From: Elusimicrobiota bacterium
GTDB taxonomy: Bacteria; Elusimicrobiota; Elusimicrobia; UBA1565
Reading direction: 5' to 3'
DNA: 40,542 bases
NCBI GenBank assembly: GCA_043827405.1
Contig: JBDRPD010000017.1
Span: 1-40,542, forward strand
In this document: piece by piece, positions 17,470 to 27,563 of the stretch
Numbering within the stretch: position 1 is the stretch's first letter
Layout: each line of letters opens with the position of its first letter
Position numbers and translations under genes: made by a program
The notes under the pieces: model-generated
Database searches by the model: none
Told to the model about the DNA's origin: nothing
Seen by the model: only the letters and a program-made list of their open reading frames with translations

Positions 17470-18741
17470 TTAGTTCTTGCGCTTGCCTTCGTCGTATTTG
17501 CCCCACATGATAGAGATGCTTCCCGAGGCGGCTACGTTGTTGGGAATCTTCTCGGTTTCGGTCTCGGATTTGAGCGTGGTGGTCTTGGAGCTGACCATGG
17601 CGCCGATGTCGGCCCGGACGTAAAGGAAGTGGAGGCCGATGCCGGCGGTGTAGGCGACGCCCGAGTCCGAGTCTTTGGACACGTTCTTCTGCAGGCCGAC
17701 GCGCAGCGGGATATTGAGCCAGTTGCGGTTGAAGACGTTGATCTCGGTCCCGGCGCCCAGGTAGCGCGACTTGCGGCCGTCGATGAGCGTCAGGTTCTCG
17801 GTGAGGTCCATGTCCGCGGTGAGATGCCAGAACTTGAAGGGGCTGACGGCGATTCCCATGCGTGCCTGCGGCCGCAATTTGAATTTGCCTTCGCCGGCGG
17901 CGACCGCGACGTCGGGCTGCTTGAACTTCGGGCCGTTAAGGTTGCGCCCGACCAGGCCGAAGCGCGGCCGCATCGGCAGGACGGGGAAGGTCTCGCGCAT
18001 GTCCCACAGCATGCCGGCGTCTATGGCGGGCTGGAAGGAGGTCTTGGTATTGTCTTTAAAGCTGTTAAACGACCCCGCTCCGGGCTCATTGGAGATGATG
18101 CTCAGGCTGTCGTAGCCGACCCGGCCGATGATGCCCTTGAGGTTGCCACCGAGCATGAGGCCGGTTTTGCCGATCTCATGAGCATAGCCGAGACCCAGCT
18201 CAGTGAAGCTGCCGCCGCGGATAATGAGGCTGGAGGCGTTGTTCCGTATGGTGGCGGGGGTCGTATTTGCCTTGTCGACATCCGGGGTGACGGCGGCATA
18301 TGCCAAGTTGTTCGCGAACGCCACGATGCGCCAGATCTTCAGGTCGATGCCGGCGCCGGTATCGACCATGGCGCCGTTGCCGTTTTGTCCCAGCAGGTTG
18401 AGCGCTTCGGTGATCCGCGCCTGCGTGCAGGTGCCGCTGGTGGTGTAGGTCGCGGCGGCGCAGTCCTGGTGGAGCTGGTAGACGTTGTTGGCGCCCTCAA
18501 GCACCGAGCCGGTGAATTCTCCCCGGGCGCCCACGGGGACGCTGAGGCCGTGCTTGTTGTAGAGCTGGCCCAGTCCCGCCGGGTTCCAGTAGGAGGCCAG
18601 GGGCCCTTGGGCGAGCGCGACCTGCGAGCCGCCCATGCCCATGGCGCGCGGCCCCATGGAGTGCCACGGCATGGCGGCCGCGGGACGCGCGGCGGACGCG
18701 AGCAGCGCCGCCGAAAATATGATGCTGGTTAATTTGCGCAT
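17470..18741 (-). CDS. Outer-membrane beta-barrel, TraF_2/PorV/FadL-like superfamily
   Basis: Signal peptide, then MGPRAMGMGG..VA......ASYWNPAGL N-terminal plug motif; alternating beta-strand pattern; SD GAGGAG. Confidence 0.7.
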   Translation of the reverse strand: MRKLTSIIFSAALLASAARPAAAMPWHSMGPRAMGMGGSQVALAQGPLASYWNPAGLGQLYNKHGLSVPVGARGEFTGSVLEGANNVYQLHQDCAAATYTTSGTCTQARITEALNLLGQNGNGAMVDTGAGIDLKIWRIVAFANNLAYAAVTPDVDKANTTPATIRNNASSLIIRGGSFTELGLGYAHEIGKTGLMLGGNLKGIIGRVGYDSLSIISNEPGAGSFNSFKDNTKTSFQPAIDAGMLWDMRETFPVLPMRPRFGLVGRNLNGPKFKQPDVAVAAGEGKFKLRPQARMGIAVSPFKFWHLTADMDLTENLTLIDGRKSRYLGAGTEINVFNRNWLNIPLRVGLQKNVSKDSDSGVAYTAGIGLHFLYVRADIGAMVSSKTTTLKSETETEKIPNNVAASGSISIMWGKYDEGKRKN

Positions 18742-18779
18742 AGGTACTCTCCTCTTTTGGTTTGCCGATCAGTCGGTAT

Positions 18780-19433
<654 letters not shown>

Positions 19434-19446
19434 GGCTGTCTCCTGT

Positions 19447-20157
19447 TCAGGCCGCGGCGGATGCGCGCGGCCGTACGGTCAATTTTTCTATCGGCTTTTT
19501 GTAGCCGGCGCCCTGGAAGATGCGGGTCACGAAGGCCCCCGGGGTGTGGATATGGTCGGGGTGCAGGCCCCCGTCTTCGACCAAGTGCTCGACTTCGGCG
19601 ATCACGGTCCGGCCGGCGGTGGCCATGACCTGGTTGAAGTTGCGCGCCGTTCGACGGAAGATTAGGTTGCCGGAGCGGTCTCCCTTGTGCGCTTTGACGA
19701 AGGCGAAGTCGGCGTGCAGCGGCTTTTCAAAGACATAGTGCTTGCCGTCGATCTCTCGGGTTTCCTTGCCGTCGGCGATGGTCGTGCCGTAGCCGGTCGG
19801 GGTGAAGAAGCCGCCGATGCCGGCGCCGGCGGCCCGAATGCGCTCCGCCAGGGTTCCCTGCGGCACCCACTCCACTTCGAGCTTCTTGGTCAGCGTCATC
19901 TCTTCAAAGCACTTGCATTCGCCGCCGTAGGAGAGGATGAGCTTTTTTACCTGGCCGTTGTTGAGCAGCAGGCCGATGCCGTGTTCATCGAGCCCGGCGT
20001 TGTTGGAGGCCAAGGTAAGGTTCTTTACCCCCTTGTCCCGCAGCGCCTGGAACAGGTTCTCCGGCAGGCCGCAGACGCCGAAGCCTCCCATGAGGATGCT
20101 GGCGCCGTCTTCGACGTCATGGATCGCCTCTTCGGCGTTTTTGCACGTTTTGTCCAT
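19447..20157 (-). CDS. scoA: 3-oxoacid CoA-transferase subunit A
   Basis: GGFGVCGLPENL, SNNAG, PQGTLAERIRAAGAGI, ARNFN, IHTPG. Confidence 0.92.
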   Translation of the reverse strand: MDKTCKNAEEAIHDVEDGASILMGGFGVCGLPENLFQALRDKGVKNLTLASNNAGLDEHGIGLLLNNGQVKKLILSYGGECKCFEEMTLTKKLEVEWVPQGTLAERIRAAGAGIGGFFTPTGYGTTIADGKETREIDGKHYVFEKPLHADFAFVKAHKGDRSGNLIFRRTARNFNQVMATAGRTVIAEVEHLVEDGGLHPDHIHTPGAFVTRIFQGAGYKKPIEKLTVRPRASAAA

Positions 20158-20168
20158 AAATGACCTCG

Positions 20169-20453
20169 TTAGTCTCTTTTGAGGAGGGCTATCTCGAAAT
20201 CGCCGAGCCGCTTGTCGAAGATTCCAAACAATACGGCCCAGGACGCGAGCAGCGTCAGCGGCAGGCCGAACAAAAGCGTGGCGGCGCTGGTCAGACGCTC
20301 AACCGCCTCCGGCGACAGCTCGAACATCCCGGTCAAGCCTCCGATCAGCAGTCCCTGCAGCAGCGAGATGACCAGGCAGCACAGAACGAAGCGCCAGGCC
20401 AACGCCCACCAAACCTTCAGCACGATGCGGCGCGTGGGTTCGATGCGCTCCAT
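20169..20453 (-). CDS. Small membrane protein (2 TM)
   Basis: Fills the gap between metK and scoA on the same strand; LKVWWALAWR followed by two hydrophobic segments. Confidence 0.7.
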   Translation of the reverse strand: MERIEPTRRIVLKVWWALAWRFVLCCLVISLLQGLLIGGLTGMFELSPEAVERLTSAATLLFGLPLTLLASWAVLFGIFDKRLGDFEIALLKRD

Positions 20454-20465
20454 GCCGGCCGCGTA

Positions 20466-21674
20466 TCAGGCGGCGACGGCCGCCCGCAACGGGCGCTTCG
20501 CTTTGCTCCCCGCGTCGGAGCGCAGCGCGCTCGCCTTGTCCGTCTTCTCCCAGGTGAAGCCCGCCTCGGTGCGCCCGAAGTGGCCGTAGGACGACGTCGC
20601 CCGGAAGACCGGCCGGCGCAGGTTCAGGCTTGAGATAATTCCCTTGGGCGTGAGCAGGAAGTGCTTGCGCACCAAGGTCTGCAGCCGGTCTTCGTTGATC
20701 GTCCCGGAGCCGTGCGTGTTGACGTAGACGCCGACCGGGTCGGCGACGCCGATCGCATAGGCGAGCTGGACCGTGCATTCCTCGGCCAGCCCCGCCGCCA
20801 CGATGTTTTTGGCGATGTAGCGCGACATGTAGCAGGCGGAGCGGTCCACCTTTGTCGGGTCCTTGCCGGAGAAGGCGCCGCCGCCGTGCGGCGCGTAGCC
20901 GCCGTAGGTGTCGACGATGATCTTGCGGCCGGTCAGGCCGACGTCGGAGACCGGACCGCCGACCACGAATTTGCCGGTCGGATTGATGTGGAAGACCGTC
21001 TTGTTGTCGAGCAGGCGCTTGCCCAGGATGGGGCGGACGACGGCATCGATGATCTCGTTGCGCGCCTTGTTGGTGATCTTCCGGCCGCTGCGGTCCAGGA
21101 TGGCCTCGCTGTGCTGGGTCGAGATGACGACCGTGTCCACGCGCAGCGGGCGCCCGTCGAGGTATTCGACCGTTACCTGGCTCTTGCCGTCGGGGCCGAG
21201 GTAATCGAGGATGTCCTTTTTGCGCGTCTCGGCCAGCCGCCGGGTGAGCTTGTGGGCGAGCATGATCGGCAGGGGCATCAGTTCCGGGGTCTCCCGGTTG
21301 GCGTAGCCGAACATCATGCCCTGGTCGCCGGCGCCGCCGGAGTCCACGCCCTGGGCGATGTCGGGCGACTGGGCGCCGATGGTGTTTGATACCGCGCACA
21401 GGTCGTAGGCGAAGCCGTGCCACGGCTTGAAGTAGCCGATGTCCTTAATGGTGCTGCGGGCGATATCGGCGACGTCGACATAGGTATTGGTCGTGATTTC
21501 GCCGCCGACCGTCACCATGCCGCGCTGAATCATCGTTTCGCAGGCGACGCGCGCCATCGGATCCTCTTTAATGATGCTGTCGAGGACCGCGTCTGAAATC
21601 TGGTCGCACATCTTGTCGGGGTGCCCCTCGGTGACCGACTCCGACGTGAAAAAATATTTCCCCATACGCCTCAT
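20466..21674 (-). CDS. metK: S-adenosylmethionine synthetase
   Basis: [56 protein letters not shown] before 21674. Confidence 0.97.
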   Translation of the reverse strand: MRRMGKYFFTSESVTEGHPDKMCDQISDAVLDSIIKEDPMARVACETMIQRGMVTVGGEITTNTYVDVADIARSTIKDIGYFKPWHGFAYDLCAVSNTIGAQSPDIAQGVDSGGAGDQGMMFGYANRETPELMPLPIMLAHKLTRRLAETRKKDILDYLGPDGKSQVTVEYLDGRPLRVDTVVISTQHSEAILDRSGRKITNKARNEIIDAVVRPILGKRLLDNKTVFHINPTGKFVVGGPVSDVGLTGRKIIVDTYGGYAPHGGGAFSGKDPTKVDRSACYMSRYIAKNIVAAGLAEECTVQLAYAIGVADPVGVYVNTHGSGTINEDRLQTLVRKHFLLTPKGIISSLNLRRPVFRATSSYGHFGRTEAGFTWEKTDKASALRSDAGSKAKRPLRAAVAA

Positions 21675-21699
21675 GATAATTCCCTCCAGGAACGTGCGG

Positions 21700-22743
21700 C
21701 TATACCGAGTTTTTAAGTATATCCGCGTTATAAACGGCTGAGTTCGTCGTGATGCGGCTGCCGGCGCTGAGGATGGAATGGGCCAGAAACGACCCCGGGC
21801 CAACGTCTGCGCCGTCAAAGAGTATACAATTTTTCAGGATTGCTTTCGGTCCCACGGTCGAGTCCGCCCCGACGACCGTATGCGGTCCGATCACGGCGCC
21901 GCGGCCGATGCGCGCCCGCTTGCCGATCACGCAGGGCGCGGTGAGCCGCGCGGCGGGGTGAATGCGGGCGCCCGCCTCGATCCAGACGCGGGGGCGGATC
22001 TGCCGGCCGGGGATCTCGACGTCTACCTCGCCGTTCAAGGCGGCGATCTGGCTGCGGCGGTATTCGGTGAGATTCCCGATATCGCACCAGTAGCCTTTCC
22101 ACTCCCAGGCGTAGATCGCTTTTTTCAACCGCAGGAGCTTGGGCCATAGTTCGTGGCCGAAGTCGTAGACGCGTTTGGGGATAAGGCGGAGCGCTTCGGG
22201 CGCGAATAAATAGATGCCGGTGTTCGCCTGATTGGAAAGGACGTCTCCCCATCGCGGCTTTTCCAAAAAGCCTTTTATTTTACCTTCTTTTCCTGTTACG
22301 GCGATGCCGTATTCGAAGCGCGAATTAACGGCCTTGGTCGCCATGGTCGCGAAAGAGCGCCGGCGTTGGTGAAAGCGGAAAAAGCGCGATATGTCGATGT
22401 CGCTGAGGCCGTCGCCGGACATGATAAGCAGCGGCGCATCCTTGAAGAAGTCCGCCACTTTCTTGACCGCGCCGGCGGTGCCGAGAAGCTTGTGTTCCAT
22501 GGAATACTTCAGGCGCAATCCCCAGTGCGAGCCGTCCCCGCAGTAGCTGCGCACCTGTTCGGGATGCGCGTGGAGGTTCAGCATGACGTCGCGTACGCCG
22601 TGGCGCGCCAGATTGGCGAGGACGTGGTGCAGGATGGGCCGGTTGGCGACCGGGACCATCGGCTTGGGCGTGGCATGAGTCAGCGGCCGGAGGCGCGTCC
22701 CCGCGCCGGCCGCCAAGACCATGGCTTTGAGGCTGCCCTTCAT
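21700..22743 (-). CDS. NDP-sugar pyrophosphorylase (mannose-1-phosphate guanylyltransferase-like) with C-terminal LbH domain
   Basis: [16 protein letters not shown]...PKPM, LGTAG, FLEKP, YWCDIG, hexapeptide repeats. Confidence 0.88.
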   Translation of the reverse strand: MKGSLKAMVLAAGAGTRLRPLTHATPKPMVPVANRPILHHVLANLARHGVRDVMLNLHAHPEQVRSYCGDGSHWGLRLKYSMEHKLLGTAGAVKKVADFFKDAPLLIMSGDGLSDIDISRFFRFHQRRRSFATMATKAVNSRFEYGIAVTGKEGKIKGFLEKPRWGDVLSNQANTGIYLFAPEALRLIPKRVYDFGHELWPKLLRLKKAIYAWEWKGYWCDIGNLTEYRRSQIAALNGEVDVEIPGRQIRPRVWIEAGARIHPAARLTAPCVIGKRARIGRGAVIGPHTVVGADSTVGPKAILKNCILFDGADVGPGSFLAHSILSAGSRITTNSAVYNADILKNSV

Positions 22744-22744
22744 C

Positions 22745-24142
22745 TTACAGATGGGTCGCCACCCACTTCGCCGCGGTGTCGAGCAGCGCCTGCGTCCTTT
22801 TCGGCGAGTCGGACTCCGCGTAGGTGCGGATGAGCGGTTCGGTGCCGGAGGGCCGCATGAGAATCCAATGTCCTCCCTCCAGAATGACCTTGATGCCGTC
22901 AAAGTCGAGAACTTCCTTGATCGCCGTTCCCACCACTTTCTTGGTGAGCTTCTTTCTGATCTTGGCGGTGAAGACGGCCTTGTCGAGCGTCTTGCGGGTG
23001 CGGAAATCGATGCGCTGGAAGCAGGATTTTCCGTATTTCTTCTCGATCAGCGCCCACAGCTGCGAGGGGGTCTTCTTGGTCTTGGCGCACATCTCCAGAA
23101 ACAGCATGCCGGTCAGCATGCCGTCGCGTTCGCCCAGGCTGCCCTTCCAGGCATAGCCGCCGCTTTCCTCGCCGCCGATGACGGCCTGCCCGGAAGCGAT
23201 ATGTTCGGCGACATGCTTGAAGCCTACCGGCAGTTCTGCAAACGGCAGGCCGTAGGCCTCGGCGATCCGCCCGGCCAAGTAGCCCATCGATACCGCCTGC
23301 ACGATCTTGCCTTTCAGCTTGCGCATGGAGAGCAGGTATTCGATGATCATGGGGAATACCTGGCAGGGGGTCATATAGTGGCCCCGGTCGTCGACCAGAG
23401 CGAAGCGGTCGCCGTCGCCGTCGAGGGCGATGCCGAGGAGCGCCTTCTCCTTCAGCACTCGCTCCTTGAGCTCTTTGAGGTTTTCCTCGATCGGCTCCGG
23501 GTTGATGCCCCCAAACAGCGGGTCGCGGCGTTCATGTATCTCGATGAGCTTCTTGCTCTTGACGAGCTCTCCCATCAGACCGCCGCTGCTGCCGTAAAGG
23601 TAGTCGATGACGACCGGCTTCTTGAGGCCGCGCGCGAAGGCAGAGGGATTGATCTGCGAGCGGAGAAACTGCAGGTAGTCCTTGCGGAAGCTTTTCCACT
23701 GCACTTTGCCGGGGCCGCCGCGCATGGGGTTGGCGCGGTCGAGAAAAGATTCCACGGCGACGGTGATCTGTTCCGTTGCCGCCCGGCCGTCCAGCTTGAT
23801 CTTGATGCCGTTATGGGACGGTGGGTTGTGGCTGGCCGTGACCATGAGTCCCACCGCCTTCATTTTTTTCGTCAGAAAGCTGATCGCGGGGGTCGGCAGC
23901 GGTTCGGTGGAAACGATGACCTTGAGGCCGTTGGCGTCCAGGATGCCGGAAATCTCCCGGGCATAGGCGTCCGACAGGAAGCGATTGTCGTAGCCGATGA
24001 TGACCGGCGTGCTCTTGCGGATTTTCCCCGGCTGCTCCTTCATGTATTCGGCGATCGCTTGGGCCACGCGCCGGACATTGTCGAAAGTGAATTCGCGGGC
24101 CATCTCTCCGCGCCAGCCGTCTGTGCCGAATTTGATTTTCAT
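22745..24142 (-). CDS. Phosphoglucomutase/phosphomannomutase family
   Basis: IKFGTDGWRG, TASHNP phosphoserine motif, DGDGDR, GEESGG, RPSGTEP. Confidence 0.93.
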   Translation of the reverse strand: MKIKFGTDGWRGEMAREFTFDNVRRVAQAIAEYMKEQPGKIRKSTPVIIGYDNRFLSDAYAREISGILDANGLKVIVSTEPLPTPAISFLTKKMKAVGLMVTASHNPPSHNGIKIKLDGRAATEQITVAVESFLDRANPMRGGPGKVQWKSFRKDYLQFLRSQINPSAFARGLKKPVVIDYLYGSSGGLMGELVKSKKLIEIHERRDPLFGGINPEPIEENLKELKERVLKEKALLGIALDGDGDRFALVDDRGHYMTPCQVFPMIIEYLLSMRKLKGKIVQAVSMGYLAGRIAEAYGLPFAELPVGFKHVAEHIASGQAVIGGEESGGYAWKGSLGERDGMLTGMLFLEMCAKTKKTPSQLWALIEKKYGKSCFQRIDFRTRKTLDKAVFTAKIRKKLTKKVVGTAIKEVLDFDGIKVILEGGHWILMRPSGTEPLIRTYAESDSPKRTQALLDTAAKWVATHL

Positions 24143-24152
24143 AGCATCTCTC

Positions 24153-25214
24153 TCACAGCGTGGAATAGTCGCATACGATCGACCGGTCGCCAAGCGTCCG
24201 GCCGGGTCCGAGCACGGTCTTTCTGCCGATCCTGCAGTTTCCGCCGACGATGGCGCGCGTGATCCGCGCGCCGGCGGCGATGCGGGTCCCGCTAAGCACT
24301 ACGCAGTCCTCGAGCACGGCATCCTCTTCGATCACGCAGCGGTCGCCGACGCAGACGGAGCCGATAAAGCGGGAGCGCGCGGCGGCTTTGGAGGAGCGCC
24401 CCAGCACGACGCATCCCGCGCCCGTACGCACAACGTTCGCGGAGACTTTCGCTCCGGCGTCGAGCAGAAAGTCGCCCTGCCGCTTCAGGCGCTTGGGCAA
24501 AAACGGCGCGTGGCCGCCCAGGATGTCCAAGTGTATCTGCAGGTATTTGTCCACGGTGCCGAAATCAATCCAGTACTCCCGGGAGGTATAGGCGAAAATG
24601 CGGCGGCCCTGCTCCAGCGCCTGCGGGAAGAGGTCCCGTTCCAGCGACGCGGGCCGGTTTCCGGGGATCGATTCGATCGCGGAGGGCTCGAACAGATATG
24701 CTCCGGCATTGATGGTGTCGCAGGTTACCTCCTCCCAGGAAGGCTTTTCCAGGAAGCGCGTGATGCGGCCGTCCTTGCCGGTTTCCACCAGCCCGAAGCG
24801 GGTCGGGTCGCCCACGCTCACCAAAGTCAAGGAAATTTCGGCCTTCGCCTTGCGGTGGCTGCGGATGAAAGCGGGGATATTCAGCGCGTGGAGAACATCA
24901 CCGTTAAGGATCAAAGTCGTGCCGTTGAGGTAGCGGCCGGCGTTGAGCACCGCGCCGCCCGTGCCGAGAGGTTTTTTTTCATGCACGTAACGGATGCGGA
25001 CGCCGAGTTTCGATCCGGTCCCGAGAATGCGCTTGAACTGTTCCGGCCGGTAGGCCGTAGCGAGGATTACTTCGGTGATCCCGTGGCGCCGCAGATTATT
25101 CAGCTGATAATGGATAAACGGCGTATTGACGACCGGCAGCAGCGGTTTTGGTGTGCCGCAGGTGAACGGTCTTAGGCGCGTCCCCAGACCGCCGGTTAAG
25201 ATAATCGCTTGCAT
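24153..25214 (-). CDS. NDP-sugar pyrophosphorylase (mannose-1-phosphate guanylyltransferase-like), second paralog
   Basis: MQAIILTGGLGTRLRP...PKP, PLGTGG, LNGD, FLEKP, INAG.Y, YWIDFGT, LbH tail. Confidence 0.88.
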   Translation of the reverse strand: MQAIILTGGLGTRLRPFTCGTPKPLLPVVNTPFIHYQLNNLRRHGITEVILATAYRPEQFKRILGTGSKLGVRIRYVHEKKPLGTGGAVLNAGRYLNGTTLILNGDVLHALNIPAFIRSHRKAKAEISLTLVSVGDPTRFGLVETGKDGRITRFLEKPSWEEVTCDTINAGAYLFEPSAIESIPGNRPASLERDLFPQALEQGRRIFAYTSREYWIDFGTVDKYLQIHLDILGGHAPFLPKRLKRQGDFLLDAGAKVSANVVRTGAGCVVLGRSSKAAARSRFIGSVCVGDRCVIEEDAVLEDCVVLSGTRIAAGARITRAIVGGNCRIGRKTVLGPGRTLGDRSIVCDYSTL

Positions 25215-25271
25215 GATATAAAAGCTCCCTGGGGGGGAAAAGCATAGCAAAAATAATATAATCACGCATCC

Positions 25272-27560
25272 ATGGCCGACAAGATCGATGATCTGGACTC
25301 TCCGGACGACCAGTACGGGAAGGCTTCCACGGATTTGGAGCCCGAGGCCTATGGCGATGCGGCCCGTCTAAGCGCGTTCGAGGATACCGACAACCGTGGG
25401 GAGCAGGAAGGGCCCGTCTCCTTCAATTTCCTGCGCTTGGCGGCGGCTGCGGGCTGTCTGCTGATCCTGCTCGCTTTTCACGCCTTTCAGCTGAGCGACT
25501 GGATTCGGCGCGACAATCGACCGCCTCCCTGGGATCAATCGATACAGCTCGAGATAGCCCAGGACGTGCACAATGCGCTCGCCCGCGGCGAGTGGGGCGA
25601 GATCGTCAGTCCAACGCCGAAGCCGGGAATGCCGCCCTTTCCACCGCTGCATTATCTGCTGATTCAGTACGCGATGGACGGACCGAACCCGGCCGAGGCG
25701 GCGCTGTGGATCAACCTGTTTTATATGGCGGCGCTCTGCGTTTCGCTTTTCGCCATCGGGCGGCGAGCGGCGGGAGAGTGGGCGGGCGTGGCGGCCGCGG
25801 TGCTCTTGACCTGCATCCCCGAAGTCCAATGGCTGCTGCGCGACCAAACCATTGATCTGGCGTTGACGGCTTGGGTGGCGGCGGCCTATTGGGCGCTGCT
25901 CGAATCCGATCACTTTGACCGGAAAATACCGTCCATCCTTTTCGGCGTCCTGTTTTCCGTGGCGATGCTGACCAAATGGAGCGCGTTCTCGTATTTCCTG
26001 CCGGTGGTCGGGACGGCGCTGGGCGCCTCGAACGACCAGAAGCAGAACCGCAATCTCATGCTCGCGGCCGGAATCGTTTTCCTGCTCCTCGGCCCATGGT
26101 ACCTTTCGCAGTGGTCGGTCCTGATCCCGCGGCTGATCGGCGCCTCGTCGGATAATGCGGTTCCTTTGCTGTCGTACAGCGGCCTTACGGCGTATATCCG
26201 GCAGATGGGTATCGGGATGGAGTTCCCGTTTTTTGTTTTGGGCGCGGCCGCCCTGCTGCGCCTGCCGCGATCCGATGACGGGCGCAAGATGGCCGGGCAG
26301 CTGATGCTGTGGTTTATCGCGTCCTTCATCTTCTGGACCATAGTTCCCAACCGCCAGCTGCGCTATCTGCTGCCGGCGCTCGCGCCGCTGGCTCTGCTGG
26401 CGTCGATGACTTACGACAAGCGCATCCTGGGCGGGCTATGCGCCTTCATGCTGCTGGCGGCCGCCAACTACCCCCGCGGCTGGATCCCCCATATCAATCC
26501 GGCCATCCTGGGCTTCAATTTCAGCTTCTTCCGCTCCGACATCCCCGCCGAAGAAGACTGGCCGCTGGCGAAGATCCTGCGCCGGGCCGAGGAACTGCAC
26601 GATAAAGAGGCGCCGTTCGGCAACTTGGCGCTGCTGGCCAACCATAACCGCTTCAACGGCGCGACGTTTAACTGGGAGCTGGATCGCCTGGGGATTGAGA
26701 CGATCAAGATGCGCGGCATCAATAAGCGGGTCTGCGAGCTGGCGGAGTTCCTGCTGCTGAAGACCGAGTCCCTCGGCCCGCCGTCGGTGGTTAACCAGCT
26801 CCCCGGCGTGCGCAAGAAAATCCTGGCCAAGAACAGCTGGTTCCAGCGCGGGTACAAGAATGCCGCAAGCTGGGATCTGCCGGACGGGTCCCAGGCCGTG
26901 CTGTATCAGCGCCAGCCGCCGCGCCAGCCGCCGTTGATTGAAGGCAAGCTGCATATCGACTATCTGGAAGAGAAGGCTTATCTGATCGAGCAGCTGGATA
27001 TCGATTTCGGCCGCTGGAACGCGAAGCGCGGAGTTTATCCCATAGTCACGATTAGCGCCAAAAGCCTGCGGCTGCGCGACCTTAAGATTGAGAATCTCTC
27101 CCTCGTCATCGAGGACTTGTTCGCGGTGCCGGTCGAGGATGCGAACTCGGTGCCCAAGAGCCAGCGTGATTCTTTGCTGATGAACCTGCGCCTGCTTAAG
27201 ATGAAGAAGCTGGACGTCCATACCGCCGTGGTGAGCGAAGGGGCCGTTAAGGCGTTTATTGCCAAACGCGTCGGCGCTTCGCGCGAGGTGGAAGTTAAGC
27301 TCGATGATACCGTTTCCGTCGCGGCGCGGATTCACGGTATTCCGCTGGCGGCCGAAGCGGAGCTCAAGCTGTCGGTGGATCGCCGGAAGATCGACGCCCG
27401 GCTGCTGCGCCTCTCGGCCTGGGGCGTTCCGGTGCCGACTTTCCTGCTGGGGCCGCGCCGGCGCTACACCCTGGACCTGATGCCGAACCCGGAGCTGCCG
27501 TTTGCGATCGGCCTTCCCAAGCTCCGCCTCGCGGGCGGCAAGCTGCGGATCGGGAAGTAG
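25272..27560 (+). CDS. GT-C fold glycosyltransferase (ArnT/PMT_2-like) with C-terminal periplasmic and DUF2993/LmeA-like domains
   Basis: PPWDQ loop, PPFPPLHY, AMLTKW, RYLLP, multiple TM segments, then a soluble beta-rich C-terminus; TATAAT 9 nt before the ATG. Confidence 0.7.
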   Translation: MADKIDDLDSPDDQYGKASTDLEPEAYGDAARLSAFEDTDNRGEQEGPVSFNFLRLAAAAGCLLILLAFHAFQLSDWIRRDNRPPPWDQSIQLEIAQDVHNALARGEWGEIVSPTPKPGMPPFPPLHYLLIQYAMDGPNPAEAALWINLFYMAALCVSLFAIGRRAAGEWAGVAAAVLLTCIPEVQWLLRDQTIDLALTAWVAAAYWALLESDHFDRKIPSILFGVLFSVAMLTKWSAFSYFLPVVGTALGASNDQKQNRNLMLAAGIVFLLLGPWYLSQWSVLIPRLIGASSDNAVPLLSYSGLTAYIRQMGIGMEFPFFVLGAAALLRLPRSDDGRKMAGQLMLWFIASFIFWTIVPNRQLRYLLPALAPLALLASMTYDKRILGGLCAFMLLAAANYPRGWIPHINPAILGFNFSFFRSDIPAEEDWPLAKILRRAEELHDKEAPFGNLALLANHNRFNGATFNWELDRLGIETIKMRGINKRVCELAEFLLLKTESLGPPSVVNQLPGVRKKILAKNSWFQRGYKNAASWDLPDGSQAVLYQRQPPRQPPLIEGKLHIDYLEEKAYLIEQLDIDFGRWNAKRGVYPIVTISAKSLRLRDLKIENLSLVIEDLFAVPVEDANSVPKSQRDSLLMNLRLLKMKKLDVHTAVVSEGAVKAFIAKRVGASREVEVKLDDTVSVAARIHGIPLAAEAELKLSVDRRKIDARLLRLSAWGVPVPTFLLGPRRRYTLDLMPNPELPFAIGLPKLRLAGGKLRIGK

Positions 27561-27563
27561 GGG

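Noticed and set aside
17470..18741. Conjugation system implied by a TraF-like label
   Set aside because: No relaxase, VirB4 or other T4SS genes are present; the family covers general outer-membrane barrels.
21675..21760. SAM riboswitch upstream of metK
   Set aside because: Only 25 nt are intergenic and no SAM-I/II consensus is visible.
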